A stretch of 64,000 bases of DNA from the IMG/VR virus record IMGVR_UViG_3300042887_000814, positions 1 to 64,000 of that record; one strand, written 5' to 3'. The first letter of the stretch is position 1, and every line of letters starts with the position of its first letter. The translations under genes were made by a program, and so were the position numbers. The notes beneath the pieces are model-generated. The model made no database searches, was not told the DNA's origin, and saw only the letters and a list, made by a program, of their open reading frames with translations. Below are positions 31,868-41,790 of the stretch, in pieces. The DNA is from an uncultured virus (IMG/VR IMGVR_UViG_3300042887_000814) (lineage: Duplodnaviria; Heunggongvirae; Uroviricota; Caudoviricetes).

Positions 31868-32350
31868 TCATTTATCCGTCTTTTTGTCTAGGAGTGCCTT
31901 AAGTATCTCGTTTCTATCTAACGATTTACCCTCCCCTAAAGGAGTATTGTCAATCTCCTTGTCCTTGCTTGACTGCTTCTGATCCAGTGCTGCCTTCTTC
32001 AATTGTAACTCAATCATCTTGAGTTTCTTGCTTACTTTAGCAGTCTTAGCAGTAATCGCATGTCCTAGCATGGTTCCGGCTACCCCGAAAATCTCACTGC
32101 TAAAGCGGCTATCAACCTGCATACCTAGATCCATCAAGTCTTTATAACTACTCTGTGCTAGGTCCGCTAATTGATCCATCTCTACGTCAGCCGTCTCAAG
32201 TCCGCGCACTTGAGGTAGAGCATTTTCTATCTTCTCAAGGTTGTTTAATGCTGATACTGTAATCTCTTGTGTCTCAGGTGGAAGTTGAAATTCTTCAGAT
32301 TTTTCTTCGTCTTGGGACAAGTTGAACAGTTCTTCAAGTTTTCTAGTCAT
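31868..32350 (-). CDS. Helical protein, possible terminase small subunit
   Basis: Start ATG 32350 is 4 nt after ATAAATA; coiled-coil composition; morphogenesis context. Function is inferred only. Confidence 0.4.
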   Translation of the reverse strand: MTRKLEELFNLSQDEEKSEEFQLPPETQEITVSALNNLEKIENALPQVRGLETADVEMDQLADLAQSSYKDLMDLGMQVDSRFSSEIFGVAGTMLGHAITAKTAKVSKKLKMIELQLKKAALDQKQSSKDKEIDNTPLGEGKSLDRNEILKALLDKKTDK

Positions 32351-32357
32351 GCAGTAT

Positions 32358-32795
32358 TTATTTGCGTTTACCCTTATAGAACAAATCATCTTCGGTGATT
32401 ACTCTAAAGGTACAACCTATCCTTTTGCAATAGGCCATCGCCGCTGCCCATTTTGCATGATTAAGTGCTACCACTGCTCTGTCTTTTGCGCTAGCCACTC
32501 TGCTCTCAATTAGGCTTTGTTTCTTAGGTTTGATCTCTACTACTTCTGCTTTCTGCTGTCCCAATTTGTCTTGGTATAATACAAAGAAGTCAGGTATGTA
32601 TATAGTTTGTTTTCCCGTTAACGGATTTCTATATGGGATTTGAATAGACTCGCTAGCCCATTGAATGACGCTATCGTGATTATCACAAAACATCATAAAT
32701 GTTAGTTCCCAACCCGAACGATATTTAGGCGCGCCTTTGCCTATATACTTTTGTTTATTTCTTACGTGATAACGGCCTTGAGCAAAATTTGCCAT
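32358..32795 (-). CDS. Head completion nuclease (T4 gp4-like, TnsA-type)
   Basis: YRSGWELTFMMFCD, WASESIQIPY, YIPDF, VEIKP, KWAAA. Confidence 0.88.
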   Translation of the reverse strand: MANFAQGRYHVRNKQKYIGKGAPKYRSGWELTFMMFCDNHDSVIQWASESIQIPYRNPLTGKQTIYIPDFFVLYQDKLGQQKAEVVEIKPKKQSLIESRVASAKDRAVVALNHAKWAAAMAYCKRIGCTFRVITEDDLFYKGKRK

Positions 32796-32796
32796 A

Positions 32797-33165
32797 TCAT
32801 AAAACTACATTGCGCGCCACTGGTTGTACAGGCTTAGGTATTACCGCTACACCATATAGGCTTGTTTTAGATTTAAAACTATTGAGATAGTATGCGAGAG
32901 TTTGATTTAACTGAAGTTTGTTTTTCGATGTGCCTTTGATATTTTCTAATAATTCGATTGCATCTAAGCCTGATTGTTGTGATACTTTAAAAAGAAATGC
33001 TGTAAAATTTTGTGCTATTGCGTCTGTCTCGCATACATCTCTGAAAAAACTTAATACGATATCATATTGATTTGTAGGTATAGATATGCTTTGATTGTAA
33101 AAACTATCAAAGATTTTTATAGTTCTATCAATACCTGATACTTGTACATTAACTAGCGATCTCAT
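32797..33165 (-). CDS. Hypothetical protein in tail operon
   Basis: 122-aa ORF coupled to neighbours. Confidence 0.6.
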   Translation of the reverse strand: MRSLVNVQVSGIDRTIKIFDSFYNQSISIPTNQYDIVLSFFRDVCETDAIAQNFTAFLFKVSQQSGLDAIELLENIKGTSKNKLQLNQTLAYYLNSFKSKTSLYGVAVIPKPVQPVARNVVL

Positions 33166-33166
33166 A

Positions 33167-34366
33167 TTACTTCCTTACCTGTTGTCCTGCTACAGGTACT
33201 ACTGTTACTGGGTTAGGTGTAGGTGAGTTGCTGATTGTAGGCGCCCCTGCTACTCCTATCGTATATGGTGTGACTGACTTATTTGGTATGTCAAACAATA
33301 TATTTCTGTTTGTACTTATCGGACTACCGAACCCACCTAAAGATTGTCTTAACATGCCTTCTAATTCTTGTTTAGCAGTAACCTTAAGATTTTTATTTTT
33401 GAAAGTATTATATGCAGTGCCTGCTTTTTGAACTGCTCCAAAGAGATTGCCGGATGCTAGGTCTTGTACAAATCCACCGGCAGCATCTACAAGTCCACCT
33501 TGTCCCAATATAGTGCCATTGGCCCCTGCTTTTTGTATAGGGCTTTCTCTTCTATCATATGTTGCTTGATCACCGAATCCAGTAACGATATCGCCGGGCG
33601 ATCTACCGTCTATAGCGCCTTCATTATATACGACAGTCTCATAATCAACTGTCATAGAATTTTGCATCACGCCGCCGCCTTCGTTGTAACTATAAGTGTC
33701 GTGGTTAAAATTAGTGATGATTGGATTAATTAAAGTATGTGCTGTGAAACTATGTTGATTGAAACCAAATACTGTTATATTTTTAAAGAATGGTACTTTG
33801 TGTCCTAATCGAGGAGTTGATGTTTCGCCTATATACCCCCAGTCATCATTTCCCATAATGCTATAATCATATATGTTTGATACATCATAATCAGCATTGG
33901 TTGATTGTGTGGAATTACTCTGACCATTGTTGGGAGGTACAGCACCTCTCTTGCCTAAGAATACAGTTGGTTTAGTTGCGTCTGAGTAATAGTAAGTGTA
34001 GTAAGCATACCACATTCTATTGATGAGGTTATCATTATCATCATGGAATGTTATGTTTATAGGTTCATATCTAATCTTAGTTTGTATTATGCGTTTTCTA
34101 TTATATTGATTCAACTGCACAGTGTTGAAACTGTATGCAGGGAGTTTTACTTCTTTGACTAATAAGCCTATATTTTTATCTACTGAATCTGGCCACGCTT
34201 CTGGATTGATATTAAAGTAGGTATGAAATATGAATTTGAGTTTAGGAGCATTTTGATAACTATTAGTCCTAAACGTCTTGCTGGCGTGGGTGTAATCTCT
34301 AAGGTAATCGCTGCCGAAGAATGCTCCGGCAGCGTCCTTAAGTAGGTTTTGAACGAATCCCGCCAT
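33167..34366 (-). CDS. Tail-tube-fold protein (gp54/gp48-like tube initiator)
   Basis: LVKEVKLP...NQYNRKR...YEPINITFHDD...NPIITNFNHDTYSY...MTVDYE; directly follows tube gene. Confidence 0.65.
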   Translation of the reverse strand: MAGFVQNLLKDAAGAFFGSDYLRDYTHASKTFRTNSYQNAPKLKFIFHTYFNINPEAWPDSVDKNIGLLVKEVKLPAYSFNTVQLNQYNRKRIIQTKIRYEPINITFHDDNDNLINRMWYAYYTYYYSDATKPTVFLGKRGAVPPNNGQSNSTQSTNADYDVSNIYDYSIMGNDDWGYIGETSTPRLGHKVPFFKNITVFGFNQHSFTAHTLINPIITNFNHDTYSYNEGGGVMQNSMTVDYETVVYNEGAIDGRSPGDIVTGFGDQATYDRRESPIQKAGANGTILGQGGLVDAAGGFVQDLASGNLFGAVQKAGTAYNTFKNKNLKVTAKQELEGMLRQSLGGFGSPISTNRNILFDIPNKSVTPYTIGVAGAPTISNSPTPNPVTVVPVAGQQVRK

Positions 34367-34385
34367 AGTCAGGAACTCCTAACTA

Positions 34386-35024
34386 TTAGGTTGTTCCGCC
34401 GATACCAGTTACGCTGTCGCCTGATAAGATTCTACCTATGCTTGCGCCAACGCCACTTGATAACGGTGATTGTATTGCGTTATCATAACGTATGTTTAAT
34501 GCGATCTGCATAGGGTCATTAGTAGCATAGTTCATGCCGCCATAGTTAGCACCCTTTAAGAAGCAACCATAGCACTCCCATGCTTCTAACACTACTGGAG
34601 CACTAGTGCCGTTACCGCCATCTAGCACTTCCATATTAACTTGGAACTTGTAGTCTTGACCTGTAGCCGCTGAAGCCTGTTCTACGAAATCTAACTGCTT
34701 CTGCAATTGCTGACCTACCGCTCTTGAAACTGTGCCTGAAGCATCGTCACGAACGTTAATTGTTAGTTCTGACCATGTATGCTTACCAGCAAGATAGATT
34801 CTTGAGTTGTAGACGTTTAGTGTTACTTCGTCAAATGTTAAATTAGGACGTGTGCAGTCTACTACTTGTTTAGTTAATGATAATCCGCCTGCAGCATCAA
34901 CTCCGAAATTCAAGAAGTTGACTCTAAAGCGATATTGTAGTTTTGGCATTAACAGGCCCTGATTGCCACCGGCATTATCAGATGCTACTGTCATGTTGAA
35001 CAATGATTGTGAGGCTGTTGCCAT
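34386..35024 (-). CDS. Tail tube protein (gp19-like)
   Basis: PKLQYRFRV, YLAGKHTWSELTINVRDD, WECYGCF, IRYDNA; follows sheath gene. Confidence 0.85.
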   Translation of the reverse strand: MATASQSLFNMTVASDNAGGNQGLLMPKLQYRFRVNFLNFGVDAAGGLSLTKQVVDCTRPNLTFDEVTLNVYNSRIYLAGKHTWSELTINVRDDASGTVSRAVGQQLQKQLDFVEQASAATGQDYKFQVNMEVLDGGNGTSAPVVLEAWECYGCFLKGANYGGMNYATNDPMQIALNIRYDNAIQSPLSSGVGASIGRILSGDSVTGIGGTT

Positions 35025-35061
35025 TTGTAAATTCTCCTACTTTAAAGTATTTATCAATTTA

Positions 35062-35081
35062 AGAGCCCCTCGCGAGGCTCT
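35062..35081 (-). terminator. Hairpin after sheath gene (weak terminator or stability hairpin)
   Basis: AGAGCCTC-GCGA-GGGGCTCT on minus strand; short U-tract. Confidence 0.55.
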
Positions 35082-35095
35082 CTTTATATTTTCTA

Positions 35096-38000
35096 TTACG
35101 CTCCTGACAACTCACCTGTGTTCAAGACACGAACTGGGATGTAGATGAACTCAGCAGCCTTGACAGGCTCAATTGCTACGTCTACCCACAACTCATTGCG
35201 ATCTATTCTAGCAGGAGTGTTGTTAGATTCATCACAGATTACCAAGTAATCATAGATGCCTCGTTTAGCAACAAGATCAACAAATAGTGATTCGATAACA
35301 CCTGCAATCTGTTGACGAGTCAACTGATCATTTGGTTCGAATACGAATGGTCTTGCGGCTATAGTCAACTGTCGACGGACATAAGCGATCAAACGTGCTA
35401 CGTTTGTTCTATCCAACGCACTCTGACTATTGAATGATGTCTTGTTACCATAGTTCAACAATCCGTTGCCAGTGAAGAACACTAATGGGTTGATGAAGTT
35501 GATGTATAACACATCACGGATGCCGATACGTGTCTTGATGACTTGGAACTCACCAGTATCACGATCTAAGTAACCGATATTCAATGCATTATCGATGATA
35601 CCACGACGAGTACCTGCTGCCGCTAACCAAGGATAAGCGACTGTATCGTTACGCAAGAATGTGCGCAACATCATGTGTGATGCTGGAACTGCCACTTCGT
35701 TACCACTCAAGTCTAGTGCGATACCACTTGGGTAGAACAAGCCTAGATAAGTGTTGCGAGTTACACAACCTGTTTCACCTGTGCTTGTAGCACCTGCAGC
35801 ATTAGTTGCCCATGCTTGAATTGCTGTTGCATCATCAGGTAATCCCATTGGAGTGTCACCTAAGATGTATGCTGTTTCACCGCGATCACTATTCAATACA
35901 ACCATGTTAGGCTGTAGTTCTGGATAGTTAGGTGTTGCCATCAAGTTGAAGAAATTATCTTCATCACGTATAGCAGTATTTGTATCTACTACTGAACGCA
36001 TTGCCGCAACAACCATTGCTCTTTGAGCCTTACGACCCATGTACGGTGCACCGTTTGACTGCAAGCCGCTTGCTGACACCCATGTGCTACGTATAGTTGG
36101 GATCGTTTGATCTGGGAAACTCAATGAATTGAAGTAATTGTTTCTCCACTGCTTGACGTTATATCCTGAACGGCGTGTGTTAAACAACAACATACCTACT
36201 GGATATAGATTTGCATTTGGAGCATCTAAGTCTATGTTTGAACTTAGCAACAATGACTTGATTGTTGGAATCGGATCATTTGCTGGGTTGATTGTATTTT
36301 GATTTGATGACCAACGTGCATCAGCAAACAATATACCTGAACCTGAAACTTGATCTGTGTTGTCGATCAATACCCATGTATCAACACCGTCAACTTGCTG
36401 CCAACGCAAGATTACTGGATAATTTTCTAGATCGCTAGTGTCTACCCATATATCACCATATGCTAATGGTGTGCCATCACTCTGTGTAGTTGGCAAACTT
36501 GCGCTTACTATAGGTCCGTTTGGATCTGTAGTATTAGCACCACTTGGTAGTGGGAAGCCATTGCTATTGAAGTTTACTGTACGATATCCTCTCCAACCTG
36601 CTGCTGTATTTACCATGATATCACATTCATCAGCGACACTATAGAACCAGTTAGTTCCGTTTGCAGGAATCTCTGTCGGCGCGCCTTCGTTTGCTGTGTA
36701 GTCAAATTCTACCCAGTTACTCAACATTACGCCATTCTTAGGAGCAGGGCCGTCACTATTAGTTGATATAGCAATCTTGCTGATAGGACCAGTTGGGCCA
36801 GCACCAGTGATAACTGCCACTATTACTTCTAGATCGTTAGTACCAGTAGTACCGCCTAAGTTAGCACCATTGATTGTGATGCTATCACCTACTGCGTAAC
36901 CAGTGCCCGCTGCTGCTAAAGCAGTGACATGATATTGCTGTGTCTTCATATCAGCCGAGTTTAATTTGTCTACAACGAACTGAGCGCCAGTACCGCCACC
37001 TGAAGTAGTGTTTTGTCCTACTGTGAAAGTTGTATTGATGAAGAAACCTGTCTTGCAGCCTTCTGTAGTTCCTGCCACAAATCCAGCCTGACTCATCAAG
37101 TTTTGACTTAGACCAGTTGTTGGGCTGATATCATCTACCATGATGCTACCACCAAGTGTATGAGTGATCTGGATAGCACCATCAGTGCCTACTGTAGCAG
37201 TTGTATACGGAATGACTGCCGCTTGCCATGCTGCTACGAAATCTTCAGCAAATGTGTTATCTGCTAATGAGAATGCATATGGTCCTGTCCATCCTGTGCT
37301 ATTTGGTGTAGTGATATACACATTAGCAGTATATGGGCCTGTACTAAAACTTGGTGCTGTGTCAGTACCTGTAACTACAGTTGGGCCAGTTGCTAGACGC
37401 TTCCATAGATAAACCATACTCTCATCGAACTGAGCATTGAAATCATATTGACCGTATACTGTTCCTGCAGGGATAGCCTGGCCACCTGTTGAATCTAGCG
37501 CCGCTATGGCTGCCGCATCACCTATTGCTAATGATACGCTCTTAGATCTCCAAGCACTTGCTACTGCATCGTACTCTTTGACTGAAGGGACTAGACCATT
37601 TCCTGATGCTCCTACCTTCAACCATACTGAACCAGTTGGACGAGGTGTTTGTTGTCCAGCACCCCATAATGGCATACCTGCTGATGTAGCATAATATACT
37701 ATAGGCGGGTAATAGATAGATGGTGTGATGCCCATATCAGCCAATACAGTACCGGTGATAGCAGTTAGATTGATACCTGCTGAATTACCGCAGAAAATTT
37801 GTAATCGACCTGAACTATTAACAGAAGCAGTTATACCCTGCCATCCTAAGTTATTGATCTCGGTCGCGACTCCTTGAACTGTGTTATTACCTAGTCCAGG
37901 TACTATGATCTCAGCATTTGCTAACTCTATCGGATAGTCTCCTGCTAGTGTTACGCTGAATTTGTCACCTGCGTTCAATGTTGGATTGCTCTGTGTACCG

Positions 38001-38686
38001 ACTACTGCAGGTACGCTTTCTTGCCATTCAATAGAACCTACTGCTACCCAAGTATTGTTAGGATTCTTGTAGAAATACTCTCTTGCAGTTGGGCTTGCTG
38101 GGCTTGCTGTATTTTGTATTGCAATAACAGCATAGTCGCCAACGCTTCCTAGATAACCTGCTGGCTTGCCAGCAACTAAATTATCTGAATCAGTTATTAC
38201 TAATGGAAGTTTGTTAGAGAATAAACTAGTTGAAGCACTCCATTCAAAGATGCCCCAAGTAGTTGATGTAGTATCTAGCCAGAAAGCGCCATTCTCTGGT
38301 TCGCCAGTTGGGCGACCTGTCTGACCTACTAGACTTGCTAAATCAATGTCTGCTCTTAATACGTAGCAACGATTAGTCACACCCAATGATGAGTATGCCG
38401 CTAGCAAACCGTATTCGTTCAATTCATAACCTTGAATTGGAGTGCCATCAGCAGTCTCATAGAAGAACGGTGTACCATATAGTGACACAAGATCACGTTG
38501 ACTTGTGACTTGGAACAACTTACCAGCATTTGCAGCAGTTGTTGCCTGTGCAATACCAGTACCGTTCGGGTTTGCTTTGTCTTGTGCTGTCGCTACAACT
38601 ACAAGAGGAACTGAATTTGTTGGGGCAGGAAGATATTGACTTTGGTCAATGATTGTAACTTCTACGCCAGGTGATGTAAGTGCCAT
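35096..38686 (-). CDS. Contractile tail sheath protein (gp18-like), enlarged
   Basis: MALTSPGVEVTIIDQS start; PWLAAAGTRRG, INPL, DRTNVARL, FVFEPND, CDESNNTP, IEPVKAAEFIYI. Confidence 0.93.
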   Translation of the reverse strand: MALTSPGVEVTIIDQSQYLPAPTNSVPLVVVATAQDKANPNGTGIAQATTAANAGKLFQVTSQRDLVSLYGTPFFYETADGTPIQGYELNEYGLLAAYSSLGVTNRCYVLRADIDLASLVGQTGRPTGEPENGAFWLDTTSTTWGIFEWSASTSLFSNKLPLVITDSDNLVAGKPAGYLGSVGDYAVIAIQNTASPASPTAREYFYKNPNNTWVAVGSIEWQESVPAVVGTQSNPTLNAGDKFSVTLAGDYPIELANAEIIVPGLGNNTVQGVATEINNLGWQGITASVNSSGRLQIFCGNSAGINLTAITGTVLADMGITPSIYYPPIVYYATSAGMPLWGAGQQTPRPTGSVWLKVGASGNGLVPSVKEYDAVASAWRSKSVSLAIGDAAAIAALDSTGGQAIPAGTVYGQYDFNAQFDESMVYLWKRLATGPTVVTGTDTAPSFSTGPYTANVYITTPNSTGWTGPYAFSLADNTFAEDFVAAWQAAVIPYTTATVGTDGAIQITHTLGGSIMVDDISPTTGLSQNLMSQAGFVAGTTEGCKTGFFINTTFTVGQNTTSGGGTGAQFVVDKLNSADMKTQQYHVTALAAAGTGYAVGDSITINGANLGGTTGTNDLEVIVAVITGAGPTGPISKIAISTNSDGPAPKNGVMLSNWVEFDYTANEGAPTEIPANGTNWFYSVADECDIMVNTAAGWRGYRTVNFNSNGFPLPSGANTTDPNGPIVSASLPTTQSDGTPLAYGDIWVDTSDLENYPVILRWQQVDGVDTWVLIDNTDQVSGSGILFADARWSSNQNTINPANDPIPTIKSLLLSSNIDLDAPNANLYPVGMLLFNTRRSGYNVKQWRNNYFNSLSFPDQTIPTIRSTWVSASGLQSNGAPYMGRKAQRAMVVAAMRSVVDTNTAIRDEDNFFNLMATPNYPELQPNMVVLNSDRGETAYILGDTPMGLPDDATAIQAWATNAAGATSTGETGCVTRNTYLGLFYPSGIALDLSGNEVAVPASHMMLRTFLRNDTVAYPWLAAAGTRRGIIDNALNIGYLDRDTGEFQVIKTRIGIRDVLYINFINPLVFFTGNGLLNYGNKTSFNSQSALDRTNVARLIAYVRRQLTIAARPFVFEPNDQLTRQQIAGVIESLFVDLVAKRGIYDYLVICDESNNTPARIDRNELWVDVAIEPVKAAEFIYIPVRVLNTGELSGA

Positions 38687-38810
38687 TTTATTGTTTCCTA
38701 TAATGTTATATTTTGAGGGTAACAACCCTAATACGCTTACTATTATTTAGTATAGATATCAAAAAAGTGAGGACAATGAGACCTTCGAAGGTTATTTAAT
38801 AAATACATGC

Positions 38811-39164
38811 ATGGGACTCATTAGGCCGATATGCAAGCAATGTAACAAGAACCCTAGGGCGATTAATTATATCCGCGACGGGGTGAAGCATTACCGCAGT
38901 ATATGTGATGAATGCGGCAAAAAGAAAAATAAAGTTAAAGCAAGACCTACTAATTGGGTACGAGCAGGATACAAGAAGAAAGCGATATGTGACATATGCG
39001 GCTTTCAAAGCATATATCCCGCACAGATGACGGTGTTTCACATAGACGGAGACCTCAGAAATACCATATTCAGTAATCTAAGGTCTATATGTCTTAACTG
39101 CGTAGAGGTAGTAAAACGTCAACGAGTCACTTGGAAGAGGGGTGACTTACAAGTTGATTATTAG
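38811..39164 (+). CDS. Zinc-finger/HNH-like protein (degenerate active site)
   Basis: Four CxxC pairs; FHIDGDLRNTIFSNLRSICLNC. Confidence 0.65.
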   Translation: MGLIRPICKQCNKNPRAINYIRDGVKHYRSICDECGKKKNKVKARPTNWVRAGYKKKAICDICGFQSIYPAQMTVFHIDGDLRNTIFSNLRSICLNCVEVVKRQRVTWKRGDLQVDY

Positions 39165-39779
39165 ATCGACTTTCCTATGTAGATCATCGATTGTTCCGTT
39201 ATTATCGATATAACAGTCATACTCTAAGCCCACACTACTATATTCGCTAGCATGAACATTGTGCTTTTCTAATATCTCTACAGCAGACTTATACCCGGGA
39301 CTATAAAACCCTTTGCTGAATGTCACGGCAGCATCATACCATGGGGGATTTTGTCCCCTAAATACACGTATAGTAGTACCACCTGCACGTTTGATAGCCT
39401 TAAGTTCATTGGGGAATCTGCAATCACTGATTACTACATTATTACGTATACCGCGCAACTTGTTTTCTATGCTAGCGATCCAGATATCGTCATGGAAAGC
39501 CCTACGACCCACTTCAGTTCCCCATTGTTGAAGTACCCAGCGAGGTGTCAAATGCTTGATATCTAGTCTTTCTGACCACCAAGGATCTACTTGATCTCTC
39601 CATTCTCTACTATATCGTGTGCTACCTTCTAGCAATTCACGATCCCAACCAAAAATACTTGCTACTGCATCCTTGAGGGGTCCAGCATAACTCATTCGCT
39701 GAAAGCCCTTAAATCGAATCAAATAATCTGCTACTGTGTCTTTGCCGCTACCTATAAACCCAGCGATTCCTACAATCAT
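39147..39779 (-). CDS. Deoxynucleoside monophosphate kinase (T4 gp1-like)
   Basis: GFIGSGKDT, TPRWVLQQWGTE, VISDCRFPNE, HASE. Confidence 0.9.
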   Translation of the reverse strand: MIVGIAGFIGSGKDTVADYLIRFKGFQRMSYAGPLKDAVASIFGWDRELLEGSTRYSREWRDQVDPWWSERLDIKHLTPRWVLQQWGTEVGRRAFHDDIWIASIENKLRGIRNNVVISDCRFPNELKAIKRAGGTTIRVFRGQNPPWYDAAVTFSKGFYSPGYKSAVEILEKHNVHASEYSSVGLEYDCYIDNNGTIDDLHRKVDLIINL

Positions 39780-39806
39780 GTTAGGCCCTTTATATTGAAT
39801 GTATAT

Positions 39807-39835
39807 ATTGTATTATACTATGTAGGACTTGTCAA
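39807..39835 (-). promoter_or_regulatory. sigma70-type promoter
   Basis: TTGACA-N17-TACAAT upstream of the dNMP kinase gene. Confidence 0.6.
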
Positions 39836-40950
39836 TGTGTTTCGTTACCTATATCGAAAAATTTTACTAATTTATCATGCAGAGAATCATAAGGTCTGTC
39901 CCAAAATACTTTACGATTGTGTTCCAATATCTCTTTGTCTTTGACGTACAGTTCATGCAAACTTTCAATGGGCAATTCTAATAGTTCTTTAGCAGTTTCT
40001 AAAAATGCTTCGAATCTTTGCTCATTATCTTCTATGTAATCATATGTATAATCGATCCAATCAGGAAATAGAAATCCATATGATTTGATATGATCTATCA
40101 TGCCCTGATAGCCGAACGGTAATATAAAGTGCCCCTTGATCAATGGGTCCCAGGTCTTTTCTGTTATAGATTTATAAGGGCTGTCTTTATGTATATTACC
40201 AGTCAATGTTTCACAATACAGACTAAAATATGTATTTTCATAATATCGATTGGCTACTGGATGCCATCCTCCTTCAGCCAAGAACTTATTAGTAAAAGAA
40301 TTTTCTGCTTCTAGTATATTACCTTTCACAGGATCACTAACATAACCTTGATCAGCATACGGCTCTAAAAAATATGCTAAGTCTTTCCTGTATTCTAAAC
40401 GCAGATGTTGAAAATCATATATGCGATTAGGACACAAAAACTTTTTCATAGAACCGTGTTTTTCTATAGGTCTTAATGCAAAACTTTTTGCGTCTGTGCC
40501 ATGAGTATAGAGCCTATCTTTTAAATCGATCTTATCATACTCTGTGAAATATATCTTTTGCCTATTCCATAAAAAATCATAATATAATTCTCTATGCTGT
40601 GCAAAGTTAGGATGCACTATCACTATATCATTGGGTATTTCTTGTTCTAATAATTTTCTGATGTAAAGATAATAAGTCGTATCGGCAAATACATTGTCAA
40701 TATGAAAAATATGAAGGAACAATAATTTTTGTTCTGGTCTTAGATTAAGACTTTTGATCTCTATTACTTTTTGTATTAGATTTATTTCAGGAAACAAATC
40801 ATGCCCTTGTAATGCAATGATATCTGCCTGTTTGATGTCAGTGACATATTCCCAATCTTGAAATTCTATGTCAAAAGGTAGAAAGTTTTTATGGTAGTCT
40901 TTCAAGAAGACATCTCCTATATGTCTTCCTGGATTGAATATCTTTAACAT
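39832..40950 (-). CDS. Putative glycosyltransferase-like protein (GT10-like motif), paralogue 2
   Basis: YFSLYCETL...SITEKTWDPLIKGHFILPFG...GFLFPDWIDYTYD...ILEHN. Confidence 0.5.
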   Translation of the reverse strand: MLKIFNPGRHIGDVFLKDYHKNFLPFDIEFQDWEYVTDIKQADIIALQGHDLFPEINLIQKVIEIKSLNLRPEQKLLFLHIFHIDNVFADTTYYLYIRKLLEQEIPNDIVIVHPNFAQHRELYYDFLWNRQKIYFTEYDKIDLKDRLYTHGTDAKSFALRPIEKHGSMKKFLCPNRIYDFQHLRLEYRKDLAYFLEPYADQGYVSDPVKGNILEAENSFTNKFLAEGGWHPVANRYYENTYFSLYCETLTGNIHKDSPYKSITEKTWDPLIKGHFILPFGYQGMIDHIKSYGFLFPDWIDYTYDYIEDNEQRFEAFLETAKELLELPIESLHELYVKDKEILEHNRKVFWDRPYDSLHDKLVKFFDIGNETH

Positions 40951-40964
40951 GCCTAAATCGTGTA

Positions 40965-41750
40965 TTAGCCTTGTATCCAAGTCAATGGCTGGCTGTAATC
41001 TTGATAACGCTTCAAGTCTTCAAGCAAACGTTCCATATCGGCTTTGCCTTCACTCTTCATAGCAGTACCGTTCAAACTCGTACCACCACCCGGGCCTGCA
41101 ATGGTACCAAATTTCTCACGGGCTTCACCGATGATAATCTTGAGTTGTGCTAAGATAAAATCAGCGAGCCATATGCCAGCACCTGGATCTTGCAATATCT
41201 CAGTCTCAGGACGTGTGATATCTGCCCAGATCAATACACGCTCACCTGTTCCCTTGAAGTCACGCACAGTACGCAATACTTTAGTGACAGGATTGAATGT
41301 ATATGTGACATATCCACCGAACATACGTGCTGCCAATTCTACATATCCAGCATAGAAATCATATGTTGCCATGCCGCCTGTATAGTTATAATTCAACAGA
41401 TAAGTGTTGAGGATAGCACTACTAAATGGGTCAAAACTTGTGCTTGAAGGACCAGTCTCAAGACCAACAGTTCTACGGAAAATAGCACGAACGTTGATGA
41501 ATTCGCTAGGAAGCGTATATGTGTCAATGTTCTTTATGATAGTCATCAAAGTGTAACTCTCCTGAGTAGCGTTTTGCGCTCTCTGACGATACACTTTGAT
41601 AGCATAATCATATGCTGCCTCATAATGCTGAGGATCTAATTCAAGATCGATGATGTCACCACCTAAGCGTAACCTTAGGTTGTCGAACATCGCGTCTTTT
41701 AGTTGCTGTAAGTTAGCATTAGTTGGTGTTGATAGTGGATCCGCAGCCAT
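40965..41750 (-). CDS. Neck protein (T4 gp13-like head-tail adaptor)
   Basis: LRLGGDIIDLEL, IIGEAREKF..IAGPGGGTSLNG motifs. Confidence 0.82.
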   Translation of the reverse strand: MAADPLSTPTNANLQQLKDAMFDNLRLRLGGDIIDLELDPQHYEAAYDYAIKVYRQRAQNATQESYTLMTIIKNIDTYTLPSEFINVRAIFRRTVGLETGPSSTSFDPFSSAILNTYLLNYNYTGGMATYDFYAGYVELAARMFGGYVTYTFNPVTKVLRTVRDFKGTGERVLIWADITRPETEILQDPGAGIWLADFILAQLKIIIGEAREKFGTIAGPGGGTSLNGTAMKSEGKADMERLLEDLKRYQDYSQPLTWIQG

Positions 41751-41790
41751 GTTATATTCCGATTAATATGTGTATTTATCGGAATACCTA

